Positions 54,651-63,097 of a stretch of DNA of 64,000 nucleotides are shown in pieces (positions within the stretch are counted from its first letter, which is position 1; every line of letters starts with the position of its first letter). The notes beneath the pieces were generated by a model. It worked only from the letters and a program-made list of their open reading frames with translations, searched no databases and was not told the origin of the DNA. The stretch is from an uncultured Christensenella sp. (lineage in GTDB: Bacteria > Bacillota > Clostridia > Christensenellales > UBA1242): the NCBI GenBank assembly GCA_949292875.1, contig CASFBJ010000008.1, forward strand, positions 4,547 to 68,546, read 5' to 3'. The translations under genes were made by a program, and so were the position numbers.

Positions 54651-55043
54651 ATGAATATAGCAATTTTAATATTTTTAATTATAAACTTCTTACTTGTTGG
54701 AATGATTGTTGCATGTTTTATTTGGGGCATTCATAGTGATAACACAAAACAAGTTAAGAAGGTTCATGAATTGAATTATCAGTTGAATAAACAAACAGAA
54801 GATTTTGGCAAGTTAAGAGCAGAATATTTTGCACTGCAAGAAAGAAAACCACAACATTCAAAATTCAAAATAGGTGCAAGAGTTTATTGCATCAAGAAAA
54901 ATTTTGTCTATACAGGTGTTATTGATAGTATAAAGTTTTTAAGTGATAAAACAATACAGTATGAAATTAGCACTGACACAACAAAGGTTACTGCATTAGA
55001 ACATCAAATATTCTTGGGAACACCACCAGTTGAAGAAAAATAA
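54651..55043 (+). CDS. Membrane-anchored hypothetical protein (130 aa)
   Basis: N-terminal TM segment IAILIFLIINFLLVGMIVACFIWGI. The start overlaps the upstream stop (TAATATG context). Confidence 0.45.
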   Translation: MNIAILIFLIINFLLVGMIVACFIWGIHSDNTKQVKKVHELNYQLNKQTEDFGKLRAEYFALQERKPQHSKFKIGARVYCIKKNFVYTGVIDSIKFLSDKTIQYEISTDTTKVTALEHQIFLGTPPVEEK

Positions 55044-55060
55044 CCTAAAACAACCTAAAA
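55032..55060 (+). repeat. Second copy of the organizer-gene iteron pair
   Basis: gaagaaaaaTaacctaaaAcaacctaaaa compared with gaagaaaaaCaacctaaacaacctaaaaa at 46142-46170. Confidence 0.6.
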
Positions 55061-55085
55061 TAAGCAAATAGGTTGTTTTTATTTT
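55047..55085 (+). terminator. Intrinsic terminator upstream of terS
   Basis: caaccta-(11 nt)-taggttg hairpin (extendable by A-U pairs) plus a T-run. Confidence 0.7.
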
Positions 55086-55109
55086 ATATAAAAATACAAA
55101 GTTAGGAGG

Positions 55110-55544
55110 GTGGCGGTGAATAGCGAAAAAGAATATCCAAATTTGAACACTCCTAATGCAATAAAAAACAGGTTCAGCGGTGAAAGGGCGGTAGAGTTAG
55201 GCAAGAAAGGCAATAAGAAGCGAAGTGAAAATATACAACTTAAAAAACTGCTTATAAAAGCATTACAAGATAAAGCAGAAAGTGATATTGCCAAAGAAGT
55301 TATGAAGCAATCAGGAGTGCAAGTTACACAAAGGCGAAGTGTCAAAAACAAAGAAGTATTGGCACAGTCCATTATCTTACAAGCACTTGGTGGAAACTTC
55401 AAAATGACACAACTGCTTATAAAGATGATTGGTGAATTGCCAAATGACAATACCGCTTACAATATAGAAAATCAAAAACATGATTTAGACACAATCGTGA
55501 ATGCATTGAAAGGAGTGAATGATGACACAGAAGAAACAGAGTAA
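55110..55544 (+). CDS. Putative terminase small subunit
   Basis: Assigned by position immediately upstream of terL. Basic N-terminal region (GKKGNKKRSEN). GTG start at 55110 or 55116 after RBS aggagg. Confidence 0.45.
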   Translation: MAVNSEKEYPNLNTPNAIKNRFSGERAVELGKKGNKKRSENIQLKKLLIKALQDKAESDIAKEVMKQSGVQVTQRRSVKNKEVLAQSIILQALGGNFKMTQLLIKMIGELPNDNTAYNIENQKHDLDTIVNALKGVNDDTEETE

Positions 55545-55737
55545 AAAAGAAGTATGTGCAAATTTTGCACGAACTCACAAAGTTGGAAGCAAAGTGTATG
55601 GAATGAAGATATTTGATATTGCAAGAAACAATGAAGGTGAAATATTTGTCATATTGCCTTTGTATGATTTTGCTAAACACATAAATGTATTGGGTGAACA
55701 ATGTTTGGCGGATTCACAAAAAAGCAAAAAAGAATAG
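55519..55737 (+). CDS. Small ORF (72 aa) bridging the terS end and the terL start; uncertain
   Basis: Good RBS aaggag 4-5 nt upstream. Overlaps terS by 26 nt and terL by 37 nt, in a third frame. Confidence 0.3.
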   Translation: MMTQKKQSKKEVCANFARTHKVGSKVYGMKIFDIARNNEGEIFVILPLYDFAKHINVLGEQCLADSQKSKKE

Positions 55738-56972
55738 TCAGCAATATCAACAAGAGATGGTTAAAACCATTAACAATCTTCAATGGTGCAGTTAGGAGTG
55801 GTAAAACCTTTTTAACATATTTCATCATTCCATTATTGCTTGATGCTTTTGCAGGAAGCAGGGGCATCATAACAGGCAAGACACTTGGAACAATAGAAGA
55901 AAACATTTTGAAACCTATGCGGGATTTGTTTCCTGCAAATGTTGGTGATGTCAAAGTTGATGCAACAGGCAACAGGTATGTGAACCTATTTGGAACAGAT
56001 GTCAGGTTGGTTGGTGCGAATGACAAAGCAAGTGAATACAAAATCAGGGGTGCAACTTATGCATGGGCAATCTGTGATGAAGTTACAACATATCCAAAGA
56101 ATGTGTTTGCAATGCTTATGTCCAGGTTAAGTGAAGATGGTGCGGTTTGTATATGCACAACAAATCCTGATATACCTTCACACTGGTTGAAAGTTGATTA
56201 CATTGATAAGAAAGACATTGACATTGATGTTTACAACTTCACCATTGATGACAATCCAACACTTCCACCTGCTTATGTTCAACACATGAAGAACCTATAT
56301 GAAGGCACAGAGTTCTATGACAGGTTCATTCTTGGCAAGTGGGTTAGTGGAAGCGGTGCAATCTATAAGTTGTTTGTATTAAACAATGACAGATATTTGA
56401 TAGATGAACCAAAAGAAGATGAACCAAAGGTGAAATACATTGAATATGCCTGTGGTGTTGACTTTGGTGAAAATGTTTCTGCAACAGTGTTCAAACTTGT
56501 GGGGTTAAGACAGAACTTCAAAGGCATTGATATTATTGCAGAAGAAAGAATTACAGAACATGGTGATGTCAAACTATTGCAAAAACAATTCATTAACTTT
56601 TTGAAGAAATGCAAAAGTTATGGTTACAGGGTTGATTTTGCTTATTATGACAATGCACAAAAGACACTTGGTGAAAGTTTGAAAACCGCAGTTGCAAAGG
56701 AAGGAATTGCTTGCAATGTAAAACCATGTGTTAAAGATGACATTATTGAGAGAATCCACCTGGTTATTGCATTACTGGGTGCAGACATGATAAAGGTTCA
56801 CAAAAGATGTAAACATGCGGTTAAAGCATTTAATGATGCAGTATGGGCAGAAGGCACAGAAGAAAGATTGGATGAAGTCAGTGAAGTCAATGTGGTTGAT
56901 GACCTTGATGCATTTGAATATGCAATACAACACTGGAGCAATAATTTGAAGAAGGTTGCATTGTTAGAATAA
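55701..56972 (+). CDS. terL: Terminase large subunit (PBSX/Terminase_3-like)
   Basis: Walker A FNGAVRSGKTF; Walker B-like AWAICDEV; C-terminal nuclease half with ACGVDFG and DDLDAFEY. Confidence 0.9.
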   Translation: MFGGFTKKQKRIVSNINKRWLKPLTIFNGAVRSGKTFLTYFIIPLLLDAFAGSRGIITGKTLGTIEENILKPMRDLFPANVGDVKVDATGNRYVNLFGTDVRLVGANDKASEYKIRGATYAWAICDEVTTYPKNVFAMLMSRLSEDGAVCICTTNPDIPSHWLKVDYIDKKDIDIDVYNFTIDDNPTLPPAYVQHMKNLYEGTEFYDRFILGKWVSGSGAIYKLFVLNNDRYLIDEPKEDEPKVKYIEYACGVDFGENVSATVFKLVGLRQNFKGIDIIAEERITEHGDVKLLQKQFINFLKKCKSYGYRVDFAYYDNAQKTLGESLKTAVAKEGIACNVKPCVKDDIIERIHLVIALLGADMIKVHKRCKHAVKAFNDAVWAEGTEERLDEVSEVNVVDDLDAFEYAIQHWSNNLKKVALLE

Positions 56973-56987
56973 TAAACTGGAGGAATT

Positions 56988-58457
56988 ATGGAATTAGTAA
57001 AAACAGTTAGTGATTACTTACACAGAGCATTCAAAACAGACATTTCATATATAGAGTTCTTTACAAGAATAAGTGATTTCAAAGAATGGTATGAAGGTGA
57101 AACAAAATGGCATGATTACAAGATTTGGAATGGTAAGAAACGAAAGAAACAAAAACATCTTTCACTTGGTATGGCAAAAACTGCATGTGAAGACATGGCA
57201 AGTTTGCTGATGACTGAAAAGGTTGAAATTAGGTGTGCAAAAGAACCTGCAAATGCATTGTTGCAAAAAGTATTAAAAAACAACAATTTCAAAGTTATGG
57301 CAAATCAACTTGTTGAATTATCTTGTGCATTGGGAACAGGTTCTTTTGTTGTTTCAATTAAAGAAGGTTCAAATATGAACAATCTTACTGTTGATGACAT
57401 TTTGATTTCATATATTCATGGTGATTTCATTTTTCCTATAAAGTGGGATAATGGAAGAATAACAGATTGTGCCTTTGTTACTACTGGGAACAAAGATGGT
57501 GATGTTACTTATAAAGTCATGAGTTTTGTATATGATGAAAAAGCAAGAGAATACATGGAATATGTTGAAGAAGTTGATGGTGATGGCGGTGTTATAAGAA
57601 CTGGTGAAATCATTGAAGGTGTTGAACTGATTGAAGATAAAGGGCATCAATACAAAACGAGATTAAAACATTCACCATTTCAAATTATCAAACCAAACAT
57701 TGTAAACAACTTTGATAAAACAAATCCTATGGGTATGTCAATCTTTGGCAATGCAATACCTGTTCTAAAAAGCATTGATGAAATATATTCATCTTACAAA
57801 AATGAATTTAGAATGGGCAGAAAAAGAATATTTGTCAAAGCAGGGTTACAAGCAATCAGGTATGACAAAACAGATGACACCTGGATTGATTACATTGATG
57901 ACAATGAAGTTGTATATCAGCAACTTGCAGATGAGTGGGAAAACAACAAACCACCTATTTATGAAAGTAACATGACATTAAGAGTGGCAGACCATAATAG
58001 TGCTATGGAAATGCAACTTAATGTGTTTTCAAGAAAGGTTGGACTTGGTGAAAACTTTTACACATTCAACAATGGTTCAATTTCAACTGCAACACAAATA
58101 ATTAGTTCAAATTCTAGTTTATTTAGGAATATAAGAAAGCATGAATTAGTGCTTGAACCTGCACTTATTGGACTAGCAGAAGCAATTTGTGAGTATTTGA
58201 AGGTTGATCCTGGTGAAATTACTGTTGACTTTGATGACAGTATTATCATTGACACAGAAAGCGAAAAGAACCAAGCAATGCAGGAATATCAAGCAGGTTT
58301 AATTGATAAGGTTGAATATTTTGTCAAAACACAAAAGATGACAAGAAACCAAGCAAAAAAACATGTTGATGAAATGACAGCAACAGGCACAATGATGGAA
58401 GCAGAAGACATCTTGGCAGAAAAATATAGTGAAGAAATGGGAGGAATGCATGAGTAA
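56988..58457 (+). CDS. Portal protein
   Basis: 489 aa, immediately after terL. SPP1 gp6-like size and acidic C-terminus. Confidence 0.8.
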   Translation: MELVKTVSDYLHRAFKTDISYIEFFTRISDFKEWYEGETKWHDYKIWNGKKRKKQKHLSLGMAKTACEDMASLLMTEKVEIRCAKEPANALLQKVLKNNNFKVMANQLVELSCALGTGSFVVSIKEGSNMNNLTVDDILISYIHGDFIFPIKWDNGRITDCAFVTTGNKDGDVTYKVMSFVYDEKAREYMEYVEEVDGDGGVIRTGEIIEGVELIEDKGHQYKTRLKHSPFQIIKPNIVNNFDKTNPMGMSIFGNAIPVLKSIDEIYSSYKNEFRMGRKRIFVKAGLQAIRYDKTDDTWIDYIDDNEVVYQQLADEWENNKPPIYESNMTLRVADHNSAMEMQLNVFSRKVGLGENFYTFNNGSISTATQIISSNSSLFRNIRKHELVLEPALIGLAEAICEYLKVDPGEITVDFDDSIIIDTESEKNQAMQEYQAGLIDKVEYFVKTQKMTRNQAKKHVDEMTATGTMMEAEDILAEKYSEEMGGMHE

Positions 58458-59367
58458 CTTTATTGGAATGGTGTTTGCCACACTTAAAAAAGAAGGCATT
58501 GATACAAGCAAAATGGACACAAGCGAAGCAATCGCAAAATACAATGAAATTCAGGGCAGTGGTGGCGGTTCATCTACCAAAGGTGATGAAACACCAAAGA
58601 CAGAGCAAAAGACCGCTACAAAGGCAACAGATAAGAAAAATTTAGCAGTTGATGAAGGAACTACCGAGAAAGACTCGGCAGATGCAACAGTTTCCAAAAA
58701 GGAAACAGTTGAAGAAACTGGTGTAATAAGTCAGGACAAACAAAGGAATGACAGATATACAACAGGCAATCCTGACAATATTTCAAAGCAATCAAACATT
58801 GCAAACATTGGCAATGACCTTCAAAACTATAAAGGTTCAGGAAGTGCTGACTTGGTATTGCCTGGTGGCAAGTTTGTTCAAATTAGACCGCAAAAAGATG
58901 GTTCATTCCTGGTAAGAACGAGCAATGGGCAAAAATATGTTTCTTCTGTTGATGATGCGAAACAAGAAGCAGTCAATGCTTATGGTGGCAGTTCTACACA
59001 ACATGGAGCAATAAATACTGCTGAAAAAATGTCAACCGCAATGGGAATTTCACCTGATGAAGCAAAAGCATTTGTTTCAGGAAAAGGTTCATTGACAAAA
59101 GGTGGTTATGAAGGTGTAAGCAATGTCAAATCTGCACCAACTTTTGAATATAATACAACTAAAAAAGTTAGCACATGGGAAGAAGCACAGACTTATATTA
59201 AAGATATTAAACAAAAAATCAATGAACTAAACAATCAATTAAATAATGCTCCAAACAATGAAACAAAGAACAATATAAACTTACAGATAGCAAACTTAAA
59301 ATATGAACTTGCAAATTTTTATGATGAAAATGATGTAGATAGTTTGTGGTTAAAACGAAATAAGTAG
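58450..59367 (+). CDS. Hypothetical head-module protein carrying shared N-terminal module, copy 1
   Basis: MSNFIGMVFATLKKEGIDTSKMDTSEAIAKYNEI, then a Gly/Ser/Thr linker and a unique 260-aa C-terminus. ATG at 58450 follows RBS ggagga. Confidence 0.55.
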   Translation: MSNFIGMVFATLKKEGIDTSKMDTSEAIAKYNEIQGSGGGSSTKGDETPKTEQKTATKATDKKNLAVDEGTTEKDSADATVSKKETVEETGVISQDKQRNDRYTTGNPDNISKQSNIANIGNDLQNYKGSGSADLVLPGGKFVQIRPQKDGSFLVRTSNGQKYVSSVDDAKQEAVNAYGGSSTQHGAINTAEKMSTAMGISPDEAKAFVSGKGSLTKGGYEGVSNVKSAPTFEYNTTKKVSTWEEAQTYIKDIKQKINELNNQLNNAPNNETKNNINLQIANLKYELANFYDENDVDSLWLKRNK

Positions 59368-59374
59368 GTGGTAT

Positions 59375-59734
59375 ATGTCAAATTTCATAGGTTTAGTGTT
59401 TGGAACACTAAAAAAGGAAGGTATTGACACTAAAAATATGAGTGTTGATGATGCTATTGCAAAATACAATGAAATCACAAAATCATCTTCAAAGTTATTG
59501 ACATCAGGAACAACTGGAGGTAAAATACAACTACCAAAACAAGAATATGCACAAGTGGCACATGCTTTGGCAACCAAATACGCAAACAAGTCAATCAAAG
59601 CAACATCAATAAGCATTGGAAATACAATGTATATGGTAAAAAAAGTTAAACCAGGTTATTTTGAAGTTGTTGACAAGATTGACATTGAAGAATATAGAAA
59701 TTTGATTGAAATGTTGGAGGATAAAGATGATTGA
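59375..59734 (+). CDS. Hypothetical head-module protein carrying shared N-terminal module, copy 2
   Basis: MSNFIGLVFGTLKKEGIDTKNMSVDDAIAKYNEI, then an unrelated 85-aa C-terminus. Confidence 0.55.
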   Translation: MSNFIGLVFGTLKKEGIDTKNMSVDDAIAKYNEITKSSSKLLTSGTTGGKIQLPKQEYAQVAHALATKYANKSIKATSISIGNTMYMVKKVKPGYFEVVDKIDIEEYRNLIEMLEDKDD

Positions 59735-59930
59735 TGACAAAGAAATTGCACAGAAATTAAAACCTGAATTAAAAAGGTTTAATTTGACACATGAACAGAT
59801 TACTGCAATAGCAATAGCAATAAAAAAGAATCCACAACACTTGGACAAATGTGTTGAATATCTAAAAAAAGCAGATGATAAAACATCAGGTGAAGAAATA
59901 CAAACTGAAATCATTGACATCTGCTATTAA
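59727..59930 (+). CDS. Hypothetical small protein (67 aa)
   Basis: ATG at 59727 follows RBS ggagga and overlaps the upstream stop. Confidence 0.4.
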   Translation: MIDDKEIAQKLKPELKRFNLTHEQITAIAIAIKKNPQHLDKCVEYLKKADDKTSGEEIQTEIIDICY

Positions 59931-59940
59931 AAATAAACAA

Positions 59941-59970
59941 AAAGCAACTAGAACACATAGTTGCTTTTTT
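59941..59970 (+). terminator. Intrinsic terminator inside the head module
   Basis: aaagcaacta-(7 nt)-tagttgcttt hairpin plus ttt. Confidence 0.72.
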
Positions 59971-59986
59971 AATACCTGGAGGCAAG

Positions 59987-60943
59987 ATGTATAACATTAA
60001 AGAAATTGTTGCTGACCTGGAACTTGATATCAAAATTTTGATAAAACAAGCAGTTTTTAATGTGTTTAAGGCAGAAAACTTGATGAAGACAGTTACTGCA
60101 TTGATTGATAAGGAATTACAACCAGTAAAAGACAAACAGGTTAAAGACAGAGTAAAGAAAAGTTTAATTAAGTTCACAATTAAGCAATGGAAAACAATTT
60201 GCCATTCACTGCATCTTGGCGAACCATTATTGTTGATAGGTTTAGCAATACACAACCGCAAAACACCTGTTACAGACCTTCAAAAGAAGTCATTGCAGGT
60301 GGCGGTAAGCAAAAGCATAAACATGACAATAAAAACAAATGCAAATGCTATAAACAACACACTTTCAAATCTTGCAGATAGTTATCCAACAACCAAGATT
60401 GCACATCAACCATTGGACAGTCAGGTTGAGATGTGGCAAAGACATGAAGACCAGGAACAGATGGTTGACAGATTAAAACAACAAACTGACCTGGTTATTG
60501 TAAGCAGTCATGCAAACTGTTCTGCAAGATGTGCAAAATGGCAGGGTAAGGTGTTGAGTTTAAGCAACAAGTCAGGCATGACAACAGATGGCAAAACAAT
60601 TTATCCATTAAAACAGGCAACAGATGTATTTGTAACAACAAAGGCAGGCAGAACCTGGAAGAATGGATTGCTTGGGTTTAATTGCAGACATAAATTAATC
60701 CCTTACAAACCTGGAATGCGACAACCACATGTTAGCGAAGCACAAAGAAAGCATGAATATGCCATTGAATTAAAGCAAAGAGAATTTGAAAGACAAATAC
60801 GAAAATGCAAAACAGATGGCAAACTTTTGGAAGGTGCAGAAGCACAAAAACAAAGGTTAAAAGCAAAACAGTTAACACTTGAATATCAAAAGTTCTGTGT
60901 TGATAATGGCAGAGCATTCTACAAATCACGAATAGTGATATAA
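59987..60943 (+). CDS. Minor capsid / head morphogenesis protein (Mu F, SPP1 gp7 or minor-capsid-2 like)
   Basis: SSHANCSARCAKWQGKVLSL and GFNCRHKLIPY motifs. Located in the head module, downstream of the portal gene (three small ORFs intervene). Confidence 0.68.
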   Translation: MYNIKEIVADLELDIKILIKQAVFNVFKAENLMKTVTALIDKELQPVKDKQVKDRVKKSLIKFTIKQWKTICHSLHLGEPLLLIGLAIHNRKTPVTDLQKKSLQVAVSKSINMTIKTNANAINNTLSNLADSYPTTKIAHQPLDSQVEMWQRHEDQEQMVDRLKQQTDLVIVSSHANCSARCAKWQGKVLSLSNKSGMTTDGKTIYPLKQATDVFVTTKAGRTWKNGLLGFNCRHKLIPYKPGMRQPHVSEAQRKHEYAIELKQREFERQIRKCKTDGKLLEGAEAQKQRLKAKQLTLEYQKFCVDNGRAFYKSRIVI

Positions 60944-60964
60944 GCACCTGGTTGGTGCTTTTTT
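60942..60964 (+). terminator. Intrinsic terminator
   Basis: aagcacc-(5 nt)-ggtgctt hairpin plus tttt. Confidence 0.65.
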
Positions 60965-61024
60965 AATTGGTATAACCAACAGAAGTTGTTTATATAAACA
61001 AAATTATTTTTTAAGGAGGTAAAT

Positions 61025-61267
61025 ATGGACAATGTATTTCTTGAACTTGTTGAAGAAACTTTGAAGCAACATGGCATTGATGCAACAGACATGGCTGATG
61101 AAGAAAAAATCAGGCAATTTGAGCAACTTGCAAACAAAGACACAGAAGTTGCAGAAGAAGTTGTTGAAAAGGTTGCAGAAGAAGCGGAAGCAACTGGCAC
61201 AGATGAAGATCCTGATGCTGAACAACCACTACCAACTGGCACTGTCAGTCCAACAAAATTAGTGTAA
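61025..61267 (+). CDS. Acidic 80-aa protein carrying a diverged copy of the shared N-terminal module
   Basis: MDNVFLELVEETLKQHGIDATDMADEEKIRQFEQL aligns with the N-termini of the ORFs at 58450 and 59375. RBS aaggagg. Confidence 0.5.
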   Translation: MDNVFLELVEETLKQHGIDATDMADEEKIRQFEQLANKDTEVAEEVVEKVAEEAEATGTDEDPDAEQPLPTGTVSPTKLV

Positions 61268-61317
61268 TAAATAATTTTGTTTAATTAGTCAACAAAGACT
61301 CAAAAAAAGGAGCAATT

Positions 61318-61962
61318 ATGGAAGAAATTGAAAAGGTGGACACATCAACACCACAAAATGATGGAACAGATTTGGTTGACACTTCCAAAGAAGAAAAAGT
61401 GGACAATGGTTTTGACAAGTTAGAAGATGCAGATTTTGAAGAAACAAAAGATGCTGAAACAAACGAGAATGAACCTGCAAAACAAGACAAGAAGGTTGAC
61501 AAAACCTATACACAAGCAGAGTTGGAAAAAGTGTTGGAAAAAAGGTTGGCAAGAGCAACCGCACAACACAAAAAAGAACTTGAAGCACTTGAACAAAGAT
61601 ATAAAACAGGTGATTATTCGCCTGAAATAAAATCTTTACAAGAAGAATTAAAGTCAGCAAACCAAAAGAATGTTGAAATGCAAAATCAACTTGTAAGATA
61701 CGAGATTGACACTGCATTCACAAAAGCACAGGTTAAAGATGAATTTAAGGAATTTGTGGAATATAAGGTTTTGAGAATGGTTACAGAAGAAAAGAATTTT
61801 GAAAAATGCTTGAATGAATTTAAGCAACAAAAAGAAAATTCACAGTATTTTGCAGAAACCACTGGTGGAAAATCCGTTGTGCCACCAAGACCAACAAATT
61901 CAACTGCTGATGCAGAAGTGTTGGCAGGTGAAAGAAAATTGCAAAAGGCAATGGGAATCTAA
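61318..61962 (+). CDS. Capsid scaffolding protein (DUF4355-like)
   Basis: Acidic N-terminus, then YTQAELEKVLEKRLARATAQHKKELEALEQ. Located directly upstream of the major capsid gene. Confidence 0.65.
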   Translation: MEEIEKVDTSTPQNDGTDLVDTSKEEKVDNGFDKLEDADFEETKDAETNENEPAKQDKKVDKTYTQAELEKVLEKRLARATAQHKKELEALEQRYKTGDYSPEIKSLQEELKSANQKNVEMQNQLVRYEIDTAFTKAQVKDEFKEFVEYKVLRMVTEEKNFEKCLNEFKQQKENSQYFAETTGGKSVVPPRPTNSTADAEVLAGERKLQKAMGI

Positions 61963-61994
61963 AACAAAAATAAAAAAATTTTAAGGAGATTATT

Positions 61995-62873
61995 ATGGCA
62001 AATAATATTAGTTTACACAAAGTGTATTTGAAGTCATTAGACAAAATTTATCAAAATGAGTGTCTTACATCTATATTAGACACAGAAGAAATTGACTCTA
62101 CAAGAGAAGCAAAAACATTCACTGTTGACAAAATGGAAATGGATGGTTTGAGTGATTACAGTAGAGCAAATGGTTATGTAAATGGTGATGTTACATTAAC
62201 ACAAGAAGAAAAATCACCAAACTATGACAGGGGCAAAAAGTTTTCTGTTGATGAAATGGATGATGTTGAAAGTGGTTACATTGCATTTGGAAAACTTTCA
62301 GGCGAATTTGAAAGAACCAAAGTTATTCCTGAAATTGATGCATTTAGAATTGCAAAATATGCTAAAAATGCAGGATTAACAAAATTTGGTGCTATCACAA
62401 CTCCAGAAGATGCAGTGTCAGCAGTTGAAACCGCAGAACAAGAAATGGGTGATAAAGAAGTTCCATTGGAAAACTGTGTAATGTTCGTTTCTAACTCATA
62501 CTACAACCTTTTAAGAAGGGGTGCAGTTCAAAGATTTAGCGAAGTAAACAACACAAAAGTAAATAGAAAACTTGAAGAATTTGATGACATGAAAATTGTC
62601 AAAGTTCCTGAAAAGAGATTTTACAGTGATTGTGTGCTTGGTGAAAAAGGTTACACAAATGGCGGTTCAAAACTTAACTTCTTGATTGTTGAAAAATCAG
62701 CAGTTATGCAATTCCAAAAACACAAAGCATCAAATGTTATTTCACCTGAACAAAACCAAAATGCAGATGCATACATCTTGAAATATAGAAACTATGGACT
62801 TGCAGATGTTTATGATAACAAAATTGATGGTATTTACTCACATTCTGTTGAAGAAGTGGTTGTGGAAGCATAG
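61995..62873 (+). CDS. Major capsid protein
   Basis: 292 aa. Position after the scaffold gene, strong RBS aaggag, followed by a terminator-bounded small gene. The family was not identified by motif. Confidence 0.65.
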   Translation: MANNISLHKVYLKSLDKIYQNECLTSILDTEEIDSTREAKTFTVDKMEMDGLSDYSRANGYVNGDVTLTQEEKSPNYDRGKKFSVDEMDDVESGYIAFGKLSGEFERTKVIPEIDAFRIAKYAKNAGLTKFGAITTPEDAVSAVETAEQEMGDKEVPLENCVMFVSNSYYNLLRRGAVQRFSEVNNTKVNRKLEEFDDMKIVKVPEKRFYSDCVLGEKGYTNGGSKLNFLIVEKSAVMQFQKHKASNVISPEQNQNADAYILKYRNYGLADVYDNKIDGIYSHSVEEVVVEA

Positions 62874-62891
62874 TGAAGGAGGTATTAAAAT

Positions 62892-63074
62892 ATGCTATTA
62901 GAAACAGTTAAAACATATAAAGATAAATACACAGGCGAAATCTTCAAAACAGGTTCAACAAGAACAGTTGAAGCAGAAAGGGGCAAAGCACTTATTGCAA
63001 GAGGTGTTGCAGTTGAAGCAGAAGACAAGAAAACTAAAAAAGCAGAAAAGAAAACAGAAGAACCTGCTGAATAG
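62892..63074 (+). CDS. Small Lys-rich hypothetical protein (60 aa)
   Basis: RBS aaggagg. C-terminal KKTKKAEKKTEEPAE. Confidence 0.4.
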   Translation: MLLETVKTYKDKYTGEIFKTGSTRTVEAERGKALIARGVAVEAEDKKTKKAEKKTEEPAE

Positions 63075-63097
63075 TCCTGTAAATTATAAATTAAACA

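Noticed and set aside
55680-55740. Programmed -1 frameshift joining the 72-aa ORF to terL
   Set aside because: The A-run (cacaaaaaagc) is not in the X-XXY-YYZ phase needed for the frame of the 55519 ORF. In addition, terL has a plausible ATG of its own, with a typical N-terminus ahead of the Walker A motif.
61071-61630. Alternative-frame ORFs (61071-61262, 61427-61630) inside the acidic-protein and scaffold genes
   Set aside because: These are Lys/Gln-rich translations of GAA/AAG-rich coding sequence in the wrong frame. They overlap better-supported genes and have no RBS.
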